NCBI GenBank assembly: GCA_013288885.1
Contig: JABDBA010000001.1
Span: forward strand, 147,840-211,839
DNA: 64,000 nt
DNA from: Gammaproteobacteria bacterium
GTDB taxonomy: Bacteria; Pseudomonadota; Gammaproteobacteria; JABDBA01
Direction: 5' to 3'
Notes under the pieces: generated by a model
Seen by the model: only the letters and a program-made list of their open reading frames with translations
Told to the model about the DNA's origin: nothing
Database searches by the model: none
Position numbers and translations under genes: made by a program
Shown: in pieces, positions 1 to 8,599 of the stretch
Numbering within the stretch: position 1 is the first letter of the stretch
Layout: each line of letters opens with the position of its first letter

Positions 1-448
1 AAGAACCTCTGCTGTGCTCAACCAATCCTAATTTTTCACCATCTAAAAAAAGTTTTGCTGCGCTATAGTGAATAGCCACACCCCACGAGTATGTTTTAAA
101 CCAGAGTGGCAATTTACAATTGGGCGCGCCCAACAACCAAACTGGATAATTCTTACCCAATGGTACAAAATGGGCATAGCCTTGTAGCTGCAATGCGGTT
201 TTGCCGCCGGGGTGTATTGGTAGCTTAAGTTGTTGCTGGATGGCATAGACGCCCCCCATCCAATCGGCATTATCGTCAGCACGTATGAACGCCCCACGCC
301 CGATGCGTTTTAGCCAAGTGCCTTTTTGGTACTTTACCGTGAGCTGTTTTGAGACATGCGACTTAGTCAATTCAGCCTGTATGGCAACCGTACCTTGAGG
401 CCATTTTGACAGTAATTGGTTTATTTTGCTTCTAGTTGGTCTACCCAT
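1..448 (-). CDS. AbiEi-family (type IV TA antitoxin-like) protein, N-terminal part; the CDS runs off the left window edge
   Basis: Minus-strand ATG at 446-448. My translation MGRPTRSKINQLLSKWPQGTVAIQAELTKSHVSKQLTVKYQKGTWLKRIGRGAF... stays open to base 1 and closely matches the 6620..7390 product. It is absent from the ORF track because it has no in-window stop. Confidence 0.75.
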   Translation of the reverse strand, partial: MGRPTRSKINQLLSKWPQGTVAIQAELTKSHVSKQLTVKYQKGTWLKRIGRGAFIRADDNADWMGGVYAIQQQLKLPIHPGGKTALQLQGYAHFVPLGKNYPVWLLGAPNCKLPLWFKTYSWGVAIHYSAAKLFLDGEKLGLVEHSRGS

Positions 449-541
449 GGTTTACCTTATAGCATGAAAATAAACTAATTGCCACTTTTGAAGCCCCACC
501 TAAGGTATTTTCGCCCTTAGACAGGGCTTAGCTATTACCCC

Positions 542-779
542 CTATGAAGCTGAAATATCTTGATTTTGGCAGGGGTTTGCTTTGCCGTATAACCACTTTG
601 CCTCGCGAATAATATCGCTCAAAACCCACATATAATTGCCGATAGTATCCGCATTATAAGCTTCAAAATCCGTAGTCGCCGCCGTTGCTGCTAAGGCTTC
701 AGCCTTGCACAAACAAGCGTTTACTGCGTCATAAAGTTGTTGTGGAGTAATGCTAGAGTTAAGTAGATAAACACCGTTA
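542..779 (-). pseudogene. 5'-truncated paralog of the small gene at 7503..7766
   Basis: Minus-strand reading gives ...LNSSITPQQLYDAVNACLCKAEALAATAATTDFEAYNADTIGNYMWVLSDIIREAKWLYGKANPCQNQDISAS*. Homology to the intact copy stops at ~779, where the att/tRNA-fragment repeat begins. No start codon is present. Confidence 0.55.
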
Positions 780-853
780 TTAAGACAAGCTAAACGCTTG
801 ATTTATATGGTGCTGGCACCCGGATTCGAACTGGGGACCTACTGATTACAAAT
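771..853 (-). repeat. Distal att repeat: 46-nt 3' fragment of tRNA-Thr (808..853) plus ~37 bp of flanking similarity
   Basis: tggtgctggcacccggattcgaactggggacctactgattacaaat is identical to 11927..11972. The flank ttattaagaYaagctaa...cttgatttata is also shared. Confidence 0.9.
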
Positions 854-1018
854 TTTAAGCCCTACCACTTTCCACTGATTAACGAAGCTTAACAAGCCTT
901 TACATATCAAGGGTTTTCCGCTATTTTTGACTTTACGGTGCTATGCGAAATCTAGCCAAATTTAACCTCTAACATAGCACCGGTATAGCACTGAAAACAT
1001 GATCGTGAGGCCATCACC

Positions 1019-2215
1019 ATGAGTAACGACGACAATAAATTCAATTTCACCAAAGCCAGCCTTGATAGCTTACCAACGCCTGCCACAGGAAAACGTGCTT
1101 ACTATTATGATACCAAATTGCGTGGCCTGGGTCTAAGCATCACCGACAGGGGCAGCAAGTCTTTTATTGTTTACCGCTGGGTAAGTGGTAAGCCTGAACG
1201 CATAACACTTGGACGCTACCCCGACCTGACGATAGAGCAAGCCCGCCGTAAAGCCACGGAAGTAAATGCCACCATCGCCCAGGGCGAAAACCCCAATGAT
1301 AAGCGCCGTGCCGAACGGGGTGAAATGACTTTAAAAGAATTCTTTGATGAATTTTTGGAGCGCCATTCCAAGCTCCATAAAACCAGTTGGAAGGAAGACC
1401 AAGCCCAGTTTGACCGCTACCTAGCACCCTGGTCAAAACGTAAACTGTCCAATATTACAAAAATAGACATCCAAAAACTGCATCAGGAGATTGGCGCTGA
1501 TAAAGGACACTACGCGGCCAACCGCTTATTGGCGCTGTTAAGCGTCATGTTTGTTAAAGCCAATGAATTCGGTTTATGGAACAAGGAAAATCCGGCGAAA
1601 GGGATTAAAAAGTTTAAAGAGAAATCCCGTGAACGCTTTTTACAAGCGGTGGAATTACCACGCTTTTTTAAAGCACTGGCAGAAGAACCCAACGGATCCA
1701 TCCGGGATTATATTTGGATCAGTATTCTGACCGGTGTACGCCGCTCCAATGTACTGAGCATGAAGTGGAAAGATATTTATCTGGAACATAATGAATGGCA
1801 TATTCCGCATACCAAAAACGGCACTCCTCATATTGTAACGCTAGTACCGGAAGTCGTGGAAATCCTAAAGCAACGTCAACAGCAAGCGAATGATAATATT
1901 TATGTATTTCCCAGCACTGGTAAACATGGCCACCTGGTAGAACCTAAAAAAGGTTGGCAGCGTATTCGAGAAAGAGCAAAAATTGACAATATCCGCATTC
2001 ACGATCTACGTCGCACGCTTGGCAGTTGGCAAGCCCGTACCGGTGCTTCATTAGTGATGATTGGTAAATCATTAAATCAGAAATCCATTCAAGCGACTTC
2101 TATTTACGCTCGGTTAGATTTAGATCCGGTACGTGCTTCGGTTGAAAGGGCAACGAGTGCGATATTGGAAGCAGCGGGCGTTAAATTGAAACAATCGAAA
2201 GAACCAGTTGATTAA
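1019..2215 (+). CDS. int: Tyrosine site-specific integrase, P4-like
   Basis: 398 aa. N-terminal arm-binding type region (FTKASLDSLP..KRAYYYDTKLRGLGLSITDRGSKSFIVYR). C-terminal catalytic context includes GVRRSNV, HDLRRT and SIYARLD. Lies 165 bp from the att repeat. Confidence 0.93.
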   Translation: MSNDDNKFNFTKASLDSLPTPATGKRAYYYDTKLRGLGLSITDRGSKSFIVYRWVSGKPERITLGRYPDLTIEQARRKATEVNATIAQGENPNDKRRAERGEMTLKEFFDEFLERHSKLHKTSWKEDQAQFDRYLAPWSKRKLSNITKIDIQKLHQEIGADKGHYAANRLLALLSVMFVKANEFGLWNKENPAKGIKKFKEKSRERFLQAVELPRFFKALAEEPNGSIRDYIWISILTGVRRSNVLSMKWKDIYLEHNEWHIPHTKNGTPHIVTLVPEVVEILKQRQQQANDNIYVFPSTGKHGHLVEPKKGWQRIRERAKIDNIRIHDLRRTLGSWQARTGASLVMIGKSLNQKSIQATSIYARLDLDPVRASVERATSAILEAAGVKLKQSKEPVD

Positions 2216-2389
2216 TATCTAGTAAATACATATAAAAACCGTCACGCACGACAATTACGTCACTTTACAAGTAAAAAAATGCAAATATTTTTGTGGCATA
2301 ATTTTAATAAAAAACACTATATTTATAGTGTTAAACGTTTATTTAGAATTTTTGTGAATAACAAAATATGCAAATTCTTTTGGTTATTG

Positions 2390-2418
2390 TTGAAATGCGA
2401 TCTCATTGAGTGTATAAA
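2390..2418 (+). promoter_or_regulatory. Sigma70-like promoter TTGAAA-N17-TATAAA (TG just upstream of the -10)
   Basis: ttgaaa at 2390-2395, a 17-nt spacer, then tataaa at 2413-2418. No ORF follows. Confidence 0.45.
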
Positions 2419-2424
2419 TATTGC

Positions 2425-2505
2425 TATGCTGGTGTGAGTTATAACCCGCAGTAACAATTTAATCTTTCAATAAAAGTTCGATGGAGAAATCCATCGGGCT
2501 TTTTT
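2425..2505 (+). ncRNA. Candidate ~80-nt island-encoded sRNA (orphan promoter to intrinsic terminator)
   Basis: The promoter at 2390-2418 is followed by the hairpin cgatgga-gaaa-tccatcg (2479-2496), then ggc and a T6 run (2500-2505). No ORF lies between them. Confidence 0.35.
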
Positions 2506-2641
2506 AATGCCCAAATTTTAATCACCATTATTTAGCTGATTCTGATTTCTCTTAGTCGTTACTTCTAACCAGTTCAAACCCATTAAAACAAATTTTTCTA
2601 TCCACCACCCCAAATTAATCCTTTATTAACGAGGCAACATC

Positions 2642-2869
2642 ATGAATACACAAATCAATAAAAGCAGTGATAATAAGGCTACAGATAAATTATTAACACG
2701 GACGGAGGCCGCTGCATATTTAGGGGTTGCCAAAGGTACGCTTGATGTATGGGCAACCAATAAACGCTACAACTTGCCATACATTAAAATAGGACGCTTG
2801 GCGAAATATCGCCAATCTGATTTGGAAGCCTTTATCGCCAGTCGCACCGTAGTTCGTTTTGAGGTATAA
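2642..2869 (+). CDS. AlpA/excisionase-type HTH DNA-binding protein
   Basis: 75 aa. LLTRTEAAAYLGVAKGTLDVWA...LPYIKIGRLAKYRQSDLEAFI fits the MerR-like excisionase (HTH_17) pattern. Positioned next to int. Confidence 0.8.
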   Translation: MNTQINKSSDNKATDKLLTRTEAAAYLGVAKGTLDVWATNKRYNLPYIKIGRLAKYRQSDLEAFIASRTVVRFEV

Positions 2870-2983
2870 AAACATCTAATGATCAATATGGTATATTTAT
2901 AAAATCCTTATATTCTCCTATACTACTAAGTTGATTTGTATCTTTGATGAAGGTTATTTTTTAACATATAAAAGGGTTTATAC

Positions 2984-4399
2984 ATGTTAGAGCATTTATA
3001 TAGATTTCGTTCGGCTGAGGCTTTACTCGGTAAATTTGCCGAACTTGAAAAGCAAGAAATATATTTTGCTTCACGCGAGGAGCTAAATGATCCTCTGGAA
3101 GGGTTTAAAAATATTTTTTGGCAAGGTGATTCTATTGTTTGGAAGAATTTTTTAAAGCACTATTTACTATGTGTCTTACATATAAGTGCTTTTTTTATTA
3201 CTGATGGCGAATACGAAATAAAAGATGATGACATCCCTATCCGTATGGTTATTAAGAATTTACCTCCTCGATATCAAAACCAATATCAAGAAATTTGTGA
3301 CCAATTTTTTAAAAATGAACGCATACAGAAATATCCCGAATGGTTAGCATCACGCAATAGTCCAATTAGAAGAAATGAACTTTTATTTTACTTAAAAATA
3401 TTACATTATTATGCGCTAAAATGTATCTTTTCAAGGCATGGATTGTTATCTAAATATCCCGAATATGCTTTTTTGAATAAAGCCGAGGAAATGTTATTGG
3501 ACTTTGAATATTTTGATAAAGTTAATAGGTTAGTAGTGCAATATCCTAATGTTGAAAATATAGAGGGAATAATATACGGTGTGCAAAAAAATATTCATGA
3601 CCAAATTTATTTGACAGCAATTTATAATAATCCATATTTTCATAAAAACCATAATGGAAAATTTATTTTCTTAGAGTTTCCTGAAAAATATCTTAAAAAT
3701 TTAGAAAAAATTATTCACCCAGAATGGTATACTGCATGCTTTCAAACTAATTATCAAAACCCCTCTATGTGGAGTTATTATGGCCATAACCATAAAGGGA
3801 TATGCCTAAAATTTAAAACAACATTAAGCTCACAAGGAACTCCTACTATTAAATTACAACGTATTGTGGGATTTGATAGTAGGATGCAACCGCGCTTAAG
3901 CTATCAAGATACAAGTATTTTTGAAATTAAATACAATGACAGGTATCCAGAGATTGATTTTTTTCGCTCTCTCGGCCGACTACCAATACCCGTCTTATAT
4001 GATCAATGGTATATGGATGAAAATAAAAACAAAAGCTCTTGCGCAGATATTTTTAATAACGAAGGCCAATGGAGAAAAAAATATTGGGATGATTTCCTTA
4101 ATACAGTAACTGTAAAACTTGAAGGATGGTCTCATGAAAAGGAACATAGGCTAATCTTATATGGCCTGGCAATTGATTTTAGCAATAAAGAAAATAGAAA
4201 ATTAAAATATAATTTTTCAGATTTGGAAGGTATTATATTTGGTATTGAAACTTCTATGGAAGACAAAATTGAAATAATTAAGATTATAGAAGAAAAATGC
4301 AAAAAAGAGGGGCGCAATAATTTTAAATTTTATCAAGCTAATTATTCCACAAGAACGGGGAAAATTGAGCTATTTGAAATGAATATAAAGTTTAGATAA
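2984..4399 (+). CDS. DUF2971-family protein
   Basis: 471 aa. The N-terminus LYRFRSAEALL...QEIYFASREELNDPLEG matches the DUF2971 signature (..NDPxE). The rest is unrecognised. Confidence 0.6.
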   Translation: MLEHLYRFRSAEALLGKFAELEKQEIYFASREELNDPLEGFKNIFWQGDSIVWKNFLKHYLLCVLHISAFFITDGEYEIKDDDIPIRMVIKNLPPRYQNQYQEICDQFFKNERIQKYPEWLASRNSPIRRNELLFYLKILHYYALKCIFSRHGLLSKYPEYAFLNKAEEMLLDFEYFDKVNRLVVQYPNVENIEGIIYGVQKNIHDQIYLTAIYNNPYFHKNHNGKFIFLEFPEKYLKNLEKIIHPEWYTACFQTNYQNPSMWSYYGHNHKGICLKFKTTLSSQGTPTIKLQRIVGFDSRMQPRLSYQDTSIFEIKYNDRYPEIDFFRSLGRLPIPVLYDQWYMDENKNKSSCADIFNNEGQWRKKYWDDFLNTVTVKLEGWSHEKEHRLILYGLAIDFSNKENRKLKYNFSDLEGIIFGIETSMEDKIEIIKIIEEKCKKEGRNNFKFYQANYSTRTGKIELFEMNIKFR

Positions 4400-4433
4400 G
4401 TATTTGCAATCAATAAACCTTGATGTAGGCAGA

Positions 4434-4461
4434 GCCGATTTTTGCGCAAGCAAAAATCGGC
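4434..4461. other. Perfect 12-bp hairpin with GCAA loop
   Basis: gccgatttttgc-gcaa-gcaaaaatcggc, 35 nt after the DUF2971 stop. No T-tract follows. Confidence 0.7.
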
Positions 4462-4500
4462 CAGCAAGCGAAGCGCGGTAGCTTATTTTCAAATATTTAA

Positions 4501-4545
4501 TGCATCGTCACTGCCGACATACTGTTTGTCGGCAGTGACGATGCA
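4501..4545. other. Perfect 19-bp stem hairpin (7-nt loop)
   Basis: tgcatcgtcactgccgaca-tactgtt-tgtcggcagtgacgatgca. Confidence 0.8.
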
Positions 4546-4832
4546 AGCACACCCGGCAAAACTCTTGATCTGACGCGACAAAATCCCTCTTACCGTCACT
4601 TTTTTCACGTGACGGCATGATTTTTTCGATATTTACCCGTCAAAAACAAATAGCACCCACCTCCTTCAGCAAATATTGCTTGCGATCACTTTGCTTTGAT
4701 TTTTGTCTAATAGAATTTTACAGTCGGCGCTAAGGACGACTCAAAATACCCTTAGTAAGGCTCACGGGATCTGAAAGAGCGCGTAGGTTCTGAACTATAA
4801 TGCAGTGAGTTCTTAGTCTTGATGCCCAAATG

Positions 4833-4856
4833 AACAAGTTGCGCAAGCAACTTGTT
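4833..4856. other. Perfect 10-bp hairpin with the same GCGCAAGC apex as 4434..4461
   Basis: aacaagttgc-gcaa-gcaacttgtt. Confidence 0.7.
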
Positions 4857-5119
4857 GTCTAGCCTGCGTTACTGAAATGTAACGGCCTCTGTCCTTAGCA
4901 GGGATTGCGACTGAATCAGGTAGATTGTGGATTCAGATGTTGGGTATAAAGGACAACCCGAACCCCCGCCTTTGCTATATTAAAGGCGTTTTTGAAAAAA
5001 TAAGGATTTTTTCTTATTTCTTCGTACCTGTTGAGCTTTTTATGTATTTAAGGAACGATAAGGTGGCTTATTCTCGCAGCGGGTTGAGAATCGGTCACTA
5101 TTTCAGGAGAATCTAAAGA

Positions 5120-5560
5120 ATCAACATTTTTTGTTTATTTTTATTGTAATTTTCGATTAATAACGACTTAACTTATCTATTACCATTATTTATTGATCAT
5201 TATTTAATTTACTCACTAACAATACTTACTGATTCAAGCATTAATAACTTATTAAAGTTGCGTTGATTATTCAATCATTCAACTATTAACTTAAATATTT
5301 ACTACTTATTATTTTACTTTTTAATTTATTCATACACTATATTTATTAACACTTTAATAATTTCAATTTAATCTATTTATTTAGAAAAACTTCGAATACT
5401 ATATTTAACCAAGTAACTATTAATTGCTAAATACATCATTAAATTTTACTTAATCATCGAATGAATTATTAAATTTTATTTTTCCCGACCTATAATTAAT
5501 AATTTTTTCTTTAATCTACCATTAACTCCATTAATTATTATTTCATTTTAAACTATCTAC
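5120..5560. other. ~440-bp non-coding tract, extremely AT-rich and G-depleted on the + strand
   Basis: By hand count, 0-6 G per 60-nt line (one line has none). Stops occur in all frames, TTAAT/ATTAA words are dense, and there is no regular period. Confidence 0.8.
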
Positions 5561-5702
5561 TTAAAGCAGGATTTTTCACCCAAAAATTCTATCTCACGCA
5601 ATGCAAGTTGCAGGTTCTTTGTAGCATATAACGGCGCAAAGGCCGAGATAGTTAACACTAACCAAACACAAGCCGTTCAGGGTGAAATGCAATATGCTAT
5701 TA

Positions 5703-6623
5703 TTAAGTTAAATTCAATTTTTCTTTAAGACTTTCAAGCGCTTTTATATGCTTTTCTTTATTCATTTGCTGAATATTTTTTAATTTCCATTGAATAGCGG
5801 GAAGGTTTTCTATACCAGGAATTTTTAATAAATCCCACTTCGGTTGCCCTTCTTTTACCGAAACTAAAAAATATTTTTCTGCTTCGGTTAAGTTTTTTTG
5901 CAAGGTTTGAATTAATTGTTCACGCGTCGCCACGAGGATTTCATGCTCAACGGGAATAATTGCCATACCAGCAAACTCGTTTTGATAACTGGAAAGAATA
6001 TCTAACCGTTGTGGGTTGAGTAATTCGCTGATAGGTCGGTTGTGGCTGGCAAGGTACACAACAAAAGCTTTGCGCACTTCTTCTGTTATACCTTCGTTAT
6101 CAAGCAGTAATTTAATATCAAATAAGTCGCGCGGATGTTGCCTATCCAAGGCTGCGCAAATTTTTCCTCCGTATAAATCAGCAAAAGAAAGCGTGTTAAT
6201 AGAAACTGCCATGCCAAATAATTCTTCGGCGCTGTTGGAAAGATCACGTTCTTGTGGTGGAAATACGCTGCCTCGGATAATTTCATTGGGTTCAATTTTA
6301 ATCTGGACATTTTGCCATTTAATCATCAACTTGCGCGCACCAGGTGCTCTTGCTGCATTTCCATGCTGTATAAATGCATCAGGCAATACGTTACGAATTT
6401 TTTGACTGATCCGTTCTAATGCTTCACTAATATGAGTTAACGTTAATTCACGCGATTCTATTGGTAAATAAGTCAAATCAATATCGACAGAAAGCCTGGG
6501 TAAATCGCGGATGAAAAAATTAATCGCGGTTCCACCTTTCAAAGCAAAACATGATTCTGAAGCAACGACAGGGATTACGCGTAATAATAATTCTGCTTGT
6601 TTATAATAAATGGTATTTTTCAT
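5703..6623 (-). CDS. AbiEii/DUF1814 nucleotidyltransferase (type IV TA toxin family)
   Basis: 306 aa. FALKGGTAINFF...RLSVDIDLTYLP is the nucleotidyltransferase motif. There is a 4-bp start/stop overlap with 6620..7390. Confidence 0.85.
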   Translation of the reverse strand: MKNTIYYKQAELLLRVIPVVASESCFALKGGTAINFFIRDLPRLSVDIDLTYLPIESRELTLTHISEALERISQKIRNVLPDAFIQHGNAARAPGARKLMIKWQNVQIKIEPNEIIRGSVFPPQERDLSNSAEELFGMAVSINTLSFADLYGGKICAALDRQHPRDLFDIKLLLDNEGITEEVRKAFVVYLASHNRPISELLNPQRLDILSSYQNEFAGMAIIPVEHEILVATREQLIQTLQKNLTEAEKYFLVSVKEGQPKWDLLKIPGIENLPAIQWKLKNIQQMNKEKHIKALESLKEKLNLT

Positions 6624-7390
6624 GATGGCTCGCTTGGAACAGTGATTTTATATTTAGCATCCCAATGCCCGCCTTTAACTATCATGCGTTTTCCATGTCC
6701 TAGATCAACTTTACTAAGATTTATTTTTTTTAACCATGGATGCTGACAACTATCCGCTAAATACAAAAATAATCGCTTAACTTTAACAGAGTTGCAACAT
6801 TCTAAAAGTTGTTGTACAAGTCGTGGCCTTAAAGTGGTCAACCCTTCCATCAACAATCGCGCTTCTGCAAATGATTGATCGCCAGGCACAAAATTCAGCA
6901 CCTCCAATATTGCGCGTTCGGGCGAAGATATCTCGATGGAATAAGAACCTATGCTGTGCCCAACCAATCCTAATTTTTCACCGTCTAAAAAAAGTTTGGC
7001 TGCGCTATATTGAATAGCCATACCCCACGAGTATGTTTTAAACCAGAGGGGCAATTTACAATTAGCTGCACCCAACAGCCAAACCGGATAATTCTTACCC
7101 AATGGTACAAAATGAGCATAGCCTTGTAGTTGCAATGCGGTTTTGCCGCCGGGGTGTATTGGTAGCTTAAGTTGTTGCTGGATGGCATAGACGCCCCCCA
7201 TCCAATCGGCACTGTCATCAGCACGCATAAACGCCCCACGCCCGATGCGTTTTAGCCAAGTACCCTTTTGGTACTTTACCGTGAGCTGCTTTGAGACATG
7301 CAATTTGGTTAATTCAGCTTGTACGGCAACCGTACCCTGAGGCCATTTTGACAGTAATTGGTTTATTTTGCTTCTAGTTGGTCTACCCAT
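6620..7390 (-). CDS. AbiEi-family antitoxin/transcriptional regulator
   Basis: 256 aa with an N-terminal wHTH-like region. Translationally coupled upstream of the AbiEii gene. Confidence 0.8.
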   Translation of the reverse strand: MGRPTRSKINQLLSKWPQGTVAVQAELTKLHVSKQLTVKYQKGTWLKRIGRGAFMRADDSADWMGGVYAIQQQLKLPIHPGGKTALQLQGYAHFVPLGKNYPVWLLGAANCKLPLWFKTYSWGMAIQYSAAKLFLDGEKLGLVGHSIGSYSIEISSPERAILEVLNFVPGDQSFAEARLLMEGLTTLRPRLVQQLLECCNSVKVKRLFLYLADSCQHPWLKKINLSKVDLGHGKRMIVKGGHWDAKYKITVPSEPS

Positions 7391-7739
7391 GGTTTACCTT
7401 ATAGCATGAAAATAAACTAATTGCCAGTTTTGGAGTCCTGTTTAGATGTGGGGTGGATTAGCCCATAGGGCGTAATCCACCATCGCCGTACCGCCTTTTT
7501 GGCTACTCCCCTACCATATCTTGATTTTGGCAGGGGGTTGCTTTGCCATACAACCACCTTGCCTCGCGAATAATATCACTCAAAACCCACATGTAATTGC
7601 CGATAGTTTCTGCGCTATAGGTTTCAAAATCGGTATTGGCTGCTGTCGCTGCTAATGCTTCCGCCTTGCAAAGGCAGGCATTAACGGCATCATAAAGCTG
7701 TTGTGGAGTAAGGTTAGAATTAAGTTGGTAAATGCCGTT
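6943..7739. repeat. Copy B of the paralogous segment (partner 1..779)
   Basis: See the entry for 1..779. Confidence 0.85.
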
Positions 7740-7766
7740 GAGAGTTTGGATAGATTGTGTGTTCAT
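7503..7766 (-). CDS. Small hypothetical protein (87 aa) conserved next to both AbiE copies
   Basis: ATG at 7764-7766 is preceded by AAAGGAA. The product is MNTQSIQTLNGIYQLNSNLTPQQLYDAVNACLCKAEALAA.... The longer 151-aa ORF in the track has no support from the paralog. Confidence 0.55.
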   Translation of the reverse strand: MNTQSIQTLNGIYQLNSNLTPQQLYDAVNACLCKAEALAATAANTDFETYSAETIGNYMWVLSDIIREARWLYGKATPCQNQDMVGE

Positions 7767-8149
7767 GATGGTTCCTTTGTGTGTTTTTTGAAGTTTTCCC
7801 TTTGTTGTGCAAAGGGAGGCCGGGTGTTCAAAACCGCACAAAGACGGTGGACTTATTCCCCTTGCGGGTGTTGTATTAGCCCACACCCGGCCATATGGAC
7901 GGACGTAAAAAAACCGCATGTCGGGCGCGGCTACCGCTTTGTGAAGTGTTTTGAACACCGATGAATAGGGTAGCGCTGATGGTGGGGGTGGGTCAAGGTT
8001 TTAATGGAGGGTATTATATAAGTGTGGTGCTATTCCAGTCATAATAACCTTGTATATGAATTTAAAGATGGCAATGCTTTGCTTTGTACCGGTTAATTTG
8101 CTGTAATAAATAAACTTTAGAAAATATAGATTGTTTAGGCTACCTATAG

Positions 8150-8599
8150 TTACTGCTCAGTAGTGAAAATTTTATTAGGAAACTCATTTCTTCCAACCTT
8201 AAACCTTAACTTACCATCAGATCCTTTAACCGTGTACATTTTACCTTTTACTCTTGCGACACTCACCCAATCAACACTTTTATATACTTCATCCAAGATT
8301 TCTCGAATTTCGCTAAAATTAAGAACAACAATTCCATCATCGTTGCAAACCAACAATAGATAAACATTCCCTATTGTATTTTTCATATTTAGAATCTCAT
8401 CATGATGTTTTTTTTGGAATGAGAATCGCCAAGGTGATAATCGCTTTGTACAGTATTTAATATAGATACCACGTTTACTATCAATAACATAAGATGCATT
8501 ATCATTTTCAGAATAGGATTTAATGGAAATTTCTCTCCGGGATGTGTGTAATATTCTTGAAATAACAACCCCGTGATAAAAATCAAACTCTTTAATCAT
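8150..8599 (-). CDS. Hypothetical 149-aa protein, third gene of the MTase-Z1 operon
   Basis: Its start overlaps the Z1 gene stop by 4 bp. I recognise no motif. Confidence 0.6.
   Translation of the reverse strand: MIKEFDFYHGVVISRILHTSRREISIKSYSENDNASYVIDSKRGIYIKYCTKRLSPWRFSFQKKHHDEILNMKNTIGNVYLLLVCNDDGIVVLNFSEIREILDEVYKSVDWVSVARVKGKMYTVKGSDGKLRFKVGRNEFPNKIFTTEQ

Larger units (their letters stand above)
1..779. repeat. Copy A of a ~0.8-kb paralogous segment (AbiEi 5' part + small gene); partner is 6943..7739
   Basis: Aligned by eye base for base with 6943..7739, roughly 90% identity. One ~18-bp length difference lies in the intergenic part. Confidence 0.85.

Noticed and set aside
4925-5116. 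63-aa ORF in the island gap
   Set aside because: It has no RBS, an odd composition, and lies inside hairpin-rich non-coding DNA. It is probably spurious.
5120-5560. AT-rich tract considered as a tandem-repeat/iteron array or CRISPR leader
   Set aside because: Only scattered short word repeats are present (for example actatattta twice and attaaatttta twice), with no consistent period and no adjacent array. It is reported only as a compositional anomaly.
7767-7958. Longer 151-aa version of the small ORF 7503..7958
   Set aside because: The paralogous copy supports only the C-terminal ~87 aa. An AGGA-type RBS precedes the internal ATG at 7766, and the extension covers the inverted-repeat structure.
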